A DNA stretch of 64,000 nt from Antechinus flavipes (lineage: Eukaryota): NCBI RefSeq assembly GCF_016432865.1, contig NC_067403.1:29574001-29638000 (forward strand), given 5' to 3'. The notes beneath the pieces were generated by a model. It had not been told where the DNA came from. It saw only the letters and a program-made list of their open reading frames with translations, and made no database searches. The number at the start of each line of letters is the position of its first letter. Position 1 is the stretch's first letter. Both the position numbers and the translations under genes were made by a program. Below, piece by piece: positions 13,028 through 24,260 of this stretch.

Positions 13028-13381
13028 TTGAGGACCCCGACCCGGGCCCCGACTCAGGGCCCGAGGGGAGGACGCTCAGCTCGCCCGACGAGCTGGAGTT
13101 CTCCCCTAACTCAAGCCAACATGAACTCTCGGAGCTGTCGGCCCTGGAGCTCTCCGAAATGGTGGGCCCCAAGGATAAGAACCCCTGCATGCCGGAGAAG
13201 AGCGGCTACCGGGACACCGTGTACGTCAAGGCAGCCCACATCTTCCAGGGCATCCGCCTTGACAAGAACCCGGACAAGGTGGTGCTCCGCTACGGCGAAG
13301 AGCCGCCCATAGACCTGCCCGACTTCGAGGACGAGACGAACCTTCGTCTGTCTTACGAGCTCGCCTTCAGCGCCCTGAAGT
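13024..13381 (+). CDS. NSUN7: NSUN7 coding exon 1 (MIEDPD...ELAFSALK + T)
   Basis: ORF 13024+ matches the NSUN7 N-terminus. Donor AAGT|gtaagg at 13382, phase 1. An in-frame TAA at 13009-13011 bounds the ORF upstream. The start codon actually used is uncertain. Confidence 0.93.
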
Positions 13382-14174
13382 GTAAGGAGGGGCGCCGCCG
13401 GGGAGGGGAGGAGGCTGCGGGGTCCGGGACGGTGCCCGCGGGAGGACTGGGGGCAGCTCCCGTGGACGTTGCCTTCCTGTGCGCCTTCCTGGTGGCTCAC
13501 CCGAGGGTGTAGCCCGCTTATCCCCTACTCTTTCCAGCGACTTTCCTTGCTGGGCGTTTAAGTACGTAGTGGTTATAAGGTAGCCTAAAAATGAAACTTA
13601 AGTAACAGCTGGCCCAGGAAAGTTTTCCCCTTCTCTGCTCATAAATGTATACCAAGAACTACACACACAGACGGCAGTGCACCTACCAGATAACTCCACA
13701 CTGCCGTGTAATCATGGAATACCATTTTTTTTTTTTAATTTTTATTTTGGCAGCATCTTTTTTTTTTTTTTTGAATGGTCTTCAGAGTTATTTTTCTAAA
13801 TATCACCAGTGATGGGTGGGTATGTTCTTTTAAATATCAGCAGTGAATGTGGTCTTTTAAGTATCATAAGGAAAAAAAAAGATAGTACCAGTGGTTGTGT
13901 TTTTAAAAATATCATCAGTAGGTGCAAATCTTGGTTCTTCGAATGTGAATTTGATTTTCAGAATGCTAAATTCTTTGATCCAGACAAATCTGGTTGTATT
14001 GGATCTCGATGGAAAGGTAATTGCAAAAGTAATGAAATTGGTTTTGAAGGCAAGCAAATTTATAGTCCAAAAACATTTTTGGAATTGATATTCAAAAATA
14101 TCCAAAATAATATTGTTGGAATAAATAAGTTTCCAAACTAACAATTGAAGGACACATTTATCTATACATGTGAG

Positions 14175-15030
14175 GTCTATTGGCCTAACAATTAGCACCA
14201 AGAAAACACAGGTTCTCCACCTGCCAGCACCACACCATCCAAATGTGGAACCATCAGTTGCAGTAAATGGTGAAGTTTTGAATGCTGTCTCTTACCTTGG
14301 CATTATATTTTCCAGGGAAGGGGTCCACATTGAGATTGAGATTGACACAGGCATTGTCAGAGCTAGCTCAGTGTTTAGGAGTCTCAGAACAAAAGCGTGG
14401 GAGAGGAGATCTTTGAATGCCAAACTGAAGGTCTTCAGAGCCATGGCGTTGACTTATTGTTATTATTATTTGCCTGTGAAACCTGGACATTATACCAGTC
14501 AATGCCAGGAAATTGAATGGCTTCCATTTGAATTGTCTTGGGAAATTCTGAAGATCACCTGGCAGGATAAGGTATGAGGTCCTTTCTCCAACTAAACCGC
14601 CAAGCATTCTAACTCTGCTGCAGAGGTCACGACTCCATTAGGCTGGCCATATTGCTTGCCAAATGTATGCTTGGCGAAATGTATATTTAAAAATACATAC
14701 ATATTTTATGGAGAATTCAAGGTGGTCAGAAAACACAATACAAGGACACTCTCAAGGTCTCTCTTAAGAACTTAAGAATTGATTGTATGACATGAGAGAC
14801 ACTAGCATAGGATCGCCCAGCATGGCGTGCCCTCATCAGGGAAGGTGCTGTGCTCTATGAGCAAAGCAGAATTGAATTAGCCCAGAAGAAACAAGAGATG
14901 TGCAAAATTAAGAGAAGCTATTGAAATGTTCATGTAGACTATTTGTGTCCAATCAGTGTCGGATACACCGACACTAACAATGATGTCACCTTGGTCTTCT
15001 TGGACAAAGAAGGGAACAACAAAAACAATA
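14175..15030 (+). mobile_element. RTE-clade LINE 3' fragment (non-BovB type)
   Basis: Remnant GLTISTKKTQVLH.PAPHHP.VEPSV.VNGEVLNAV..LG...RASSVF..LR.K.WERR, ILKITWQDK; ends in a (caa)n-like tail. Confidence 0.9.
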
Positions 15031-15764
15031 ATATCTGTTATGTTCGTTTCTGGTTTTGTTTTTTTTTTTTAATCAGTCATATTACATCATTGTTACTCTG
15101 AATATTTGGAGAGATTTGGATTAGATGATTTATTTCTAGGGCAGTGCCACAGAGATCTTTCTTTGATCTTGTGCCCTTTAACGTGTATTCATTGACTTGG
15201 ATTAAAGTATATTTACAGGTGATTTGCAGGTGATGCTTAAGAATTGTGAAAAGACTCGGAGACAGAAGCAGGTTAAAAATTTGTCCAGAATTACCCGAGT
15301 CTAAGAAGATGAAACTTAATAGGGATGTAGAAAGTTTGTTTAGGTGCCCAGGGTGAGATATGCACACGATAAGATAGGTCTGAATCCCAGTTGTCTGGAA
15401 AAATTTGATTCTTAATGACTCTTTGCTTAAGTATGAACTGACCTTCTCTGGATACTACTTTGCACTTTAGCACTACTTGAAAATTTATTGCAAAGATTTT
15501 TCAGATCAGAAGTTGCTGGGCAGTACTCTGTCAATGTCAAGATTAATATAACTCTAATGAGCAAGTCATTGTCCTTGGATGTGGAATTTTAAAAGAGGTT
15601 TTGAGTTAGGAAATTGGAAGGGAGATATGGGGACAGAGGAGAGAAAGACTATTTGAAAACTTGGATGGAGTTCCTTGGAGGAGCATCCCATAAGGATAGA
15701 CTAGAGTGGCTATTCCCATAGCCTCAGGAATGGCATCAAGATAGTGACTGACTGATGGAGGAGA

Positions 15765-15980
15765 GGCAGCAGGGTGGCATAGTTGATAGTGTTGGATCTC
15801 AATTCAGGAATCCTACCTCAGATACTTTCTAGTTGTGTAGCTCTGGGCAAGTTACCTCTTTCATCTTTTTTCCTTTTTTGTAAAATGGAGCTAAAAAGAA
15901 GCATCTACTTCAGAGGGTTATTGTGAGAGTCAGATTAAGCAATAAGTTGTAAAGTGCTTTGCAAACCTTAAAGCCACATA
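15765..15980 (+). mobile_element. MIR SINE
   Basis: ggcagcagggtggcatagttgatag...ctgggcaagtta...tgtaaaatggag...gtaaagtgctttgcaaacc. Confidence 0.8.
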
Positions 15981-16099
15981 AAGGTCCCTGATCTAAGGAA
16001 CAATAAAGGCTAACAATGGTTTAGAACAGCAGACTTGAATCTTATCCTTTACTAGTTATATGATTTATGTAGCATGTATAAGTCCTGGAAAGAGCATCT

Positions 16100-16915
16100 A
16101 TTTTATTTTCTTCTCTTGTAGTATTTTACTTTTCCAAATAACATAAAGTTAAAGTTAGTTTTCAACCTTTGTTTTTGTAAGACTTTGTGTTCCAATTTTT
16201 TCTTCCTCCTTCATAAAAAGTAAGCTGATATAGGTTAAATATGTGTAGTCCTTTTAAACATTTCCATTTTTGTCATATTGTGCAAGGAAAATAAGAAAAG
16301 GGAAAGAAGCAAGAGAAAGAAAAAGGGAAACAAACAAAAAAGGTGGAAAATAGTGTACTTAGATCCACAGTTAGCTTTTATCATTCTCTCTTTGGATTCG
16401 GATGGCATTTTCCATCCCAAGTCTATTCTTGAGTCACTGCATTGTTGAGTAGAGCTAAGTCTATGACAATTGTTTATCACATAATCTTGTTTCTTTGTAC
16501 AACATTCTCTTAGTTCTGCTCACTTTACTCAGCATCAATTCATGTAAGAGTTTCCAGGCTTTTCTGCAATTATCCTGCTGATCATTTCTCATAGAACAAT
16601 AATATTTCATTATATTCACATACCAAAACTTACTTAGCCATTCCCCAATTGATGGGCATCCCTTCAATTTCCAATTTGTTGCCACTACAGAAAGAGAAGC
16701 TTGCAAACATTTTTACACAGGTGGGTCCTTTTCCCCTTTTTATGATCTCTTTGGGATACAGACTCGGCAGTGGCACTGCTGAATCAAAGAGTGTGTGTGT
16801 GCATAGTTCCAAATTGCTCTCCAGAATAGCTGGATCAGTTCACAACTCAACCAGCAATGTTGACATCAGTGTCCCAATTTTCCAGCATCCCTTCCCGACA
16901 TTTATCATCTTTTAA
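16100..16915 (-). mobile_element. L1 3' fragment
   Basis: ORF2 C-terminal remnants (FDSAVPL..LYPKEI; NWKLKGCPSIGEWL.K.WY.NIM.YY) plus 3'-UTR. Confidence 0.9.
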
Positions 16916-16949
16916 AGGCTTGTGCTTTTTAGTAACATTGAGTTACTAG

Positions 16950-17780
16950 ACAGTTAAAACCCTAAGTATAGCAGACTTTGGGTTCCTGTGGGAAGTGTAG
17001 GACTCTAGAAAGGAGAATTGATTTTGTGGCGAGTTTGGATACATGTTTAATTGAGTTAGATAGAGCCTGTGTGATGTCTATTTTCCTTAGCCTAGGTACT
17101 TGAATGTGATGTAATGACTTTTTTCCCTTTTCTATTGACATCAAGACAAAAACACAAATTCTTATGTTATTAGAGGGATAAAAGCTGCAGTTGTTTGTGT
17201 GAAAAGTCTCTAAAATTGAACCAGTTCTTTTTAAAGACAGAGATGTGCTGGGCTTAGGTTGTAGGGACAAATGTAACATTTTACTGATGGGTTCAGAAAA
17301 TAAACTTTTTAAGTAGGGGATAGAAAAAGTTTGACTAGACATAATTTGATTTGATTTTCTTAGTTTGTAAACTCAGTATGAACCAACAGTATGATATGGC
17401 AACCAGAAAAGCTAATGGTATCTAAGCCTAAATTGAAAGGCAGTTTCTAAGATTTGGTATTCTACTCTAGTCAGACCACATTTAGAGTAATGTATTCCAT
17501 TCTGGTTCTACCACTTTTTAGGAAGGACATTAATAAGGTGGGTAATGTCTGGAGGGAGGCAGTAGGAATATGAAGACCTTTGCTTAAAGAGGAGCAGTTG
17601 AAAGAACTGAACATCTTTAAGCTAAAGAAGACAAGACTGGGAGTGGGATAAGCTGGCTCTTATGTCTTTGAAGGGCTGTCACATGGAGTTATTAGATATG
17701 AACTATTAAATGTGATCAGAACTGTTACACAACTATAGCCTTAATGACAGAACTGGGAGGAATGGGGGGCAATTACAGAG
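16950..17780 (+). mobile_element. L3/CR1 fragment
   Basis: ccaacagtatgatatggca...gaccacatttagagta...ggaaggacattaataag, CR1 RT 3' pattern. Confidence 0.75.
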
Positions 17781-19254
17781 AGGCAGATTTTGGCTCTGAT
17801 TTTTTTGGAAAAAAATTATTCTGAACATAAACTCTAAAAAAGAACATTTCTCACAGCAGAACACAAAAGATTACATTTCTATATGAAACTGTGATTTTCT
17901 TTTATACTGTTTACTTTTTGAAAAAAGCATATGACAAATTATACATGCTACTTTAAAAACTATCCTCATTATGCTTCTTTCTCAACTTTATATTTTACAA
18001 AATATGTACCTCTTTTAAAAAAAGTAATCATTGTTGCTAACCCTTTCCCTTCATACTATCCCTCCTCCAAATAAAAATCTAGAAGAAAATAAATCTGTCC
18101 AACAAAAAAAATCATAAGGAAGAAAAATTCATGTCTAAAATGTTTCTCTTCACGCTTTTTTCCTTGTCAGGAGGCAAGGAACATATTTCAGCATAGGTTT
18201 TCTGGGACTGTTTGTCTCCAACTTGTTCAGCTGTTTCCCAATTGATGTTGGTTCCTTTCTTTCCTTCTTCTCTCTTTTAATTCCTCATTTCAGGAAATTT
18301 TATTCATTTTAACCTTTTAATTCCTCATTTCAAGAAATTGGTTTTTCTGTGGATGGCTATTCACTTCCCTCTTAACTCTTCCCTTCCCACCCCCCAATAC
18401 CTGCTTATTTCCCTATTGGATCCAATGTATTATGTCTACACCAAACTGTATGTGTATTCAATCCTCTTGTTTTTTTTCAGATAAGAGTGATGTTCATTTG
18501 ATGCCCAATTCCCCAACCCTTATTTCTCCTTTTCATATACCCCAATTATGAGAAATAAGTTGTACTTCTTCTTTACTGTTTTTTATATCAATATAGTCTT
18601 CCTTTTAGTATCTTCTTTTCAGACCTAGTCTACATTCATGACTTTTGTTTTTCTTATTTAACTCCCTCAATACTCTTTGAAATAATTAAGGTTCTTAAAA
18701 GACACATTTCTCTCTATTAGAATATTAGTACTGAAATTTCAGTTCCGATTACTTAAATAAACTTACTTGAGGTTTCTATGGACTTTTATGTTTGTATTCC
18801 AGAATTCCAATTTCCAGCTTAGATATTTTCATTAAAGATTCTGTTTCTTCTTCCCCCCAATAGGATAATGCTCATCTTTGCAAAATAAATTATTCTTGAT
18901 TTGATTTTAAACTTTGTTTTTTGCCTTTTGGAATATTGAATTCCAAGATTTTCTTCTGAATTTGAGTAGAAACTATCTTCCTCATTTAATTTCTTTGGTA
19001 CTTGACTTCTTTTATATACATTTAAAACATTTTTTTTCTTTAAAAAGTAAATGGAGCTTTGGATTTTCTTTAAGACATTTCTCAGCCTTTTGCTTTATAT
19101 AGAGATCCACTTTGGGAAGTGGTTGATGAATTCTTTCTAACTTTACTCTGGTTCTAATAGATTTGAGTAATTTTTTTACTTATGATTTCTTGAATTAGTA
19201 TTTTCAGGCTTTATAAAAACATCTTGATTTTTAGGAATCCCAATACGTTCTCCT

Positions 19255-20720
19255 TTTTTTTTTTTTAAATAGTATTTTATTTTTCCATATATATGCAAAG
19301 ATAGTTTTCAACATTAACCTTTGCAAAACCTTGTGTTTAAAATTTTCTCCCTCTCCTTTCCCTTTCCTCATCTCTCCCTCCGCCTTCCCCCCCCAAGACA
19401 GGCAATCCAATGTAGGTTAAACATGTGCAGCTCTTCTAAATACATTTCCATATTCATCATACCAGACTGTTATGTTCTTCTTTTAAAATAAGTAGAATAG
19501 TTCTCTCTGGGGGAGAGGTGCAGGTTTCTCGGGGAGGTTTTTCTTGGAGGCAGCTTTAGTATCAGTTGAAAGTAATAATCACCTCAAAACGCAGCCAGGT
19601 GATAAAAGTTCAGATCTTTTATTGTCTCTAATATAGCCCGGTTAGCTTAGAGGCCTATCTCTCTGCTTGGTTCCAAGAGCTCCCTCCGAATGTCGCCAAA
19701 TCCAAGGATTTTGTCCTTCAGCCTCTGCCTCTGCTTTCTTCAGCCTCCAGCCAGCACAAAGATGGAATGAATCTCTTGTCTCCTTCACTTGGGGCTCGGC
19801 TAGCTTTCTGGAGAGTCTTTCAGACCAGCTTGGTCTCAGTGGGGGAAGTGCAGGAGCCCAGCCACCTACCACAGTGGTGTGAGATGAAGATGAATCTGGT
19901 TGTGCACTGAACTCTCCACTCGTAGCTTCTTCCTCTGAAAACTCTTCTTCCGCCACCAGCCAGCCAAGTGGAAAATATTCCTTCTTGCCTCGGAGAGAGG
20001 GCTTCTGGCGTAACTCCGCTGAAATCTGTCCAAGAGCTTCTGTCTGTTTCTTTTATACAAGAGGGAGGAATTGTGGGATACTAGAGAGGGATTATGGGTT
20101 TCTCCCATAGTGCTCTCTGGTGGCCCTAAGAGCTTTAAGGGAGGTGTGAATTCACAAAGTTACAAAGTTTACTCTGTGAAGCTGGCATACTTGTGAACTT
20201 GGATGAGTAAAGGTGTAAACACAAGCGTTGTACTAATTAGTTCTACTTAGTACCTTGTTTCAGGTTCTGGCCCAAAATATCTTGTAAGATCAGATCAACA
20301 CTCATTAGTTAGCAGTTTGTAAAGATTCCAACACCAGACCAAAAAAAAAAAAATCAGATCAAAAGGAAAAAACACAGGAAAGGAAGGAAAAAAAAAAAAA
20401 AACCAAGCTAACAACAAAACAACAACAAAGGGTGAAAAATAGTATGTTTATATCCATATTCAATCTCCATAGTTATCTATCTGGATGCAGATGGCTCTTT
20501 CTATCACAAATCTATTGAAATTGCTTTGAATTATCTCATTGTTGAAAAGAGCCAAGTCCATCACAGTTTCTCATCATACAATCTTGTTGTTGCCAACTAT
20601 GTATGAGTGTCCCAGTTTTCCCATATCCCCTCCAACATTCATCATTATCTTTTCCTGTCATCCTAGCCAATCAGAGGTGTGAAGTGATATTGATATCTCA
20701 GAGTTGTCTTAATTTTCATT
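19255..20720 (-). mobile_element. L1 3' fragment (host of the LTR)
   Basis: L1 3'-UTR at 19255-19461 continues at 20340-20720. Confidence 0.8.
19468..20333 (-). mobile_element. ERV solo LTR (866 bp), 6-bp TSD, nested in an L1 3'-UTR
   Basis: TG...CA termini; CCAGAC on both sides (19462-19467 and 20334-20339); minus-strand TATAAAA at 20051-20057 and AATAAA near 19618-19623; host L1 resumes on both sides. Confidence 0.92.
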
Positions 20721-20797
20721 TCTCTAATCAAAAATGATTTAGAACATTTAAAATACATTATTGTTATTAAAGCTTTTTTATTTTTAAAACATATGCA

Positions 20798-20987
20798 TAG
20801 ATAATTTTCAACTTTCATCCTTGCAAAACCTTGTGTTCCAGATTTTTTCCCTCCCTTCCCATATGTAATTTTCAACTTTCATCCTTGCAAAACCTTGTGT
20901 TCCAGATTTTTTCCCTCCCTTTCCATATATAATTTTCAACTTTCATCCTTGCAAAACCTTGTGTTCCAAATTTTTTCCCTCCCTTCC
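20798..20987. repeat. 64-bp tandem triplication within an L1 3'-UTR
   Basis: taattttcaactttcatccttgcaaaaccttgtgttcc starts at 20802, 20866 and 20930. Confidence 0.95.
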
Positions 20988-21811
20988 CCCCACCTCCTCT
21001 CCTCAGATAGCAAGTAATCCCATATAAGTTAAACATGTGCAATTCTTGTATACATATTTCCACATTTATCGTTCTGCACAAGAAAAATCAGATAAAAAAG
21101 AGAAAAAAAAAACCAAACCACAATAAAAGAGTGAAAATATTATGTTGGGGTGGACATTAAGTTCCCACAGCCCAGTCTATTATTATTATTTCTATCACAA
21201 GTCTATTAGCCTGAATCACCTAATTGTTGAAAAGAGCCAAAAACTTTAGAGTTGATCATCACATAATCTTTTTGCCATGTACAATGATCTTCTGGTTCTG
21301 CTCACTTCACTCAGCATCAGTTCATATGAGTCTCTCCAGGTCTCTCTGTATTCATCCTGCTGGTTGTTTCTTACAGAACAATAATATTCCATAACATTCA
21401 TATACCACCATTTATTCAGCCATTCTCCAGTTGATGGGCATCCATTCATTTTCCAGCTTCTAGCCACTACAAACAGGGCTGCCACAAACATTTTGGCACA
21501 TACAGGTCCCTTTCCCTTCTTTAGTATCTCTTTGGGGTATAAGCCCAGTAGTAACACTGCTGGATCAAAGGGTTTGCACAGTTTGAGAGCCCTTTGGACA
21601 TAGTTCCATTTTGCTCTCCAGAATGTAAATGAATTTACTGAATGTAAAATTCCCCCTCTCCCCCCGCCCCAGCTTTCTGCTCCCCTTCTAATCTTGGCTG
21701 ATTTGGTTTCGTTTGTGTAAAACCTTTTTAATTTTATGTAATCAAAATGATCCATTTTTGCATTTCTTAATGTTCTCTTGTTCTTTGGTCATAAATTCTT
21801 CCCTTCTTGGA

Positions 21812-22835
21812 AGCAGAAAACTGGAAAAAATTTTTTTACATCCAAAGGTTCTGATAAAGGCCTCATTAACAATTTTTAGATGAAGAAATTAAAACTATTA
21901 CTAGTCATATGAAAAAACACTCTAAATCACTATTGATCAGAGAAATGCAAATTAGGACAACTCTGAGGTACCACTACATACTTCTCAGATTGGATAAGAT
22001 GACAGAGAAAGATGCCAAATGTTGGAGGGGATGTGGGAAAACTGGGACACTAATGCCTTCTTAATGGAGTTATAAACTTATCCAATCATACTAGAGAGCA
22101 ATTTGGAACTCTATCCAAAGGGTTATCAAACTGTACATACCCTTTGATCCAGCAGTGTTTCTACTGGGCTAATACCCCAAAGAGATCTTAAAGGAGGGAA
22201 AGGGACCCACATATGTAAAAAATGTTTGTGGCAACCATTTTTGTAGTGGCCAGAAACTGGAAACTGAGTGGAAGCCCATCAGTTGGAGAAGGGCCGGATA
22301 ATAATGACTGAATATATGAATGGAATAGTATTTATAAGAAATGATCAGCAGGATGATTTCAGAAAGGTCTGGAGAGACTTATAGAACTGATGTGAAGTGA
22401 GTAGAACCAATAGAACATTGTACACAGCAAAGACAAAATTATGTGGTGATCAACTGTGATGGAATTGGCTCTTTTCAACAATGAGGGAATTCAAGGCAAT
22501 TCCAATAGACTTGTGATGGAGAGAGCCATCTGTATCCAGAGAGAAGACTGTGGGGAATGAATGTGGATCATAACATAAATCACCTGTTTTGTTGGGTGTT
22601 TTGCTTATTTTTTGTTTTTTCTTATTTTTTTTTCCTTTTTGATCTGATTTTTCTTGTGCAGCCTGATCATTGTCAAAATATGTCTAGAAGAACTGCACGT
22701 ATTTAACATATTGGATTACTTGCTGTTTAGGGGAGGGAGGAAGGAGAAGAGAGAGAGAAAAAAATTTGGAACACAGTTTTGTAAGGTGAATGTTGAAAAT
22801 TATCTTTGCATATATTTTGAAAGTAAAAAGCTAAT
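21812..22835 (+). mobile_element. 5'-truncated L1 3' end nested in an antisense L1
   Basis: Starts EAENW.K.F..SKGSDKGL, runs through the 3'-UTR to an A-rich tail. Confidence 0.85.
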
Positions 22836-23889
22836 AAAAGTAATTCCTTCTCCTCCATAGATCTGAGATGTTAAACTATCCCTTGTTCTCTCAATTTCCT
22901 TATAGTATCACCTTTTATGTCCCAAATCATGAATGCATTTTGACCTTATTTTGGTATAGGGTGTTAAGTATTGGTCATTGCCTAGTTTCTGCCATAACTA
23001 GTTTCAAGTTTTCCCAGCAGTTTTTATCAGAGTGAGTTCTTATCTCATAAGCTGTATAGTCTTTGGGTTTATCAAACAATAGAACTGTAGTCATTGGCTA
23101 TTGTCTTGTGAACCTAACCTATTCCTCTTAATTCACTACTCTTATTTCTTAATCAGTACCAAAGGGTTTTTATGACCATTGCTTTGTAATATAATTTTTT
23201 GTTTGGTATAGCTAATCCACCTTCGTTTGCATTTTTTCCATTAATTAATGAAAATTGGAATTCTTGTACTTTTTGTTCTTCTAGATGAATTTTGTTATTA
23301 TTTTTTCTATTCCTATAAAGTAATTTCTCTATTCCTATAAAGTAATTTCTTGGCATTTCTTTTTAGATATTCATTTAGTTGTTGTTGAAAATCCATTTTT
23401 TTCCTTCGAATTTCTGCTTGCACTTGTTACAGTGTTCTTCCTTTACTAAGAATAATTTTTGATAATGGGCAGTATTTTCTTTGATTTACTCATCTCTAGC
23501 TTTGGTTCTGAAATTGGAGCTTTGAGCCAGGGCCACTGTAAAATTATGCTGGTGCAGTTTTGAGTGGAGCAATTGGCCCTTTTTATTATGGATCCCGATT
23601 CCCTGTGCCAGCTTCCACAAACCCTGTGTTCTTTCTTAATTGAAACTTGGAAGATCAAAATGATGGAACTTCAGGGGTCTCTCTGAGATCTCAAGATGGA
23701 GACCTGGGTGCCTGATCTTTTGCTGGTCACTTTTGAATTCATTATCCTGGGGTTTTCTGACTACTCTGGAGCTTTCCCAGGGGAGTCTTTCATTTCTGTT
23801 GCGTACGGACACAGTACCTTGTAGGCTACATGTGTTCCTGGCTGTTTCTAAGCAAGCTGCTCAGCTATCCCCTGCTATGCATAATTTCA

Positions 23890-24260
23890 CAAACAGATCA
23901 GTTTGGACTCAACAAAGACAACTGTTAAAATTTTCAGTGTGAGTAGATAAATTTGACAATTAGTAAATGATACAAATCAGAGTTTGATTTATTATTTTGT
24001 TGATCATCTAGACCAGGGCTTCTTAAAATTTTTCCACTTGCAAGCCCCTTTTTGCTGGAAAATTTTTACATAACCCCAGGTATCTAGGTTTATAAAGTAG
24101 GTATGCAAATCAAACTTCGACTGATAATAAATCATAATTTTGCAACTCCTACATTCAGTTATAAGACCCCATATGGGGTCACAACCCACAGTTTAAGGAA
24201 CTTTGAGACTTTAAAAAGCAATGAAGTTATAAGTGATATAAATTTAAATTAAATTATTAG
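23890..24260 (-). mobile_element. Marsupial interspersed repeat (MdoRep1-like) hosting the MITE
   Basis: tgttaaaattttcagtgtgag...caaatcagagtttgatttattattttgttga..tctagac; homologous to the flanks at 55700-56030. Family name from memory. Confidence 0.6.
24014..24205. mobile_element. hAT-Charlie-type MITE (~190 bp)
   Basis: Imperfect TIRs cagggcttcttaaa / tttaaggaactttg; preceded by atctagac (Charlie target NTCTAGAN). Confidence 0.8.

Larger units (their letters stand above)
11860..13560. promoter_or_regulatory. CpG island, NSUN7 promoter and 5' region
   Basis: Dense CpG and high GC against an AT-rich background. GC boxes (CCCCGCCC near 12434 and 12789; GGGGCGGGG near 12720). Spans coding exon 1. 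Confidence 0.92.
20760..23360 (-). mobile_element. L1 3' fragment (20760-21811 and 22836-23360) split by an opposite-strand L1
   Basis: ORF2 remnant MDHFDYIKLKRF...PFDPAVLLLGLYPKE...WMNVMEYY; ORF2 sequence resumes after 22836. Confidence 0.88.

Noticed and set aside
13382-13512. ORF continuation CKEGRRRGGEE... after the NSUN7 N-terminus
   Set aside because: Intron read-through; homology ends at the gtaagg donor and resumes at 34983.
13809-14141. 110-aa ORF just inside intron 1
   Set aside because: No recognisable homology or splice support; partly built from degenerate repeats.
21630-22835. Apparent twin-primed (5'-inverted) L1
   Set aside because: The minus-strand L1 resumes after 22836 and the overlapping segments differ in sequence, so this is one L1 nested in another.
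23306-23349. 22-bp tandem duplication; similar small duplications at ~18276/18315 and ~33498-33528
   Set aside because: Ordinary slippage events in repeat or intronic DNA.
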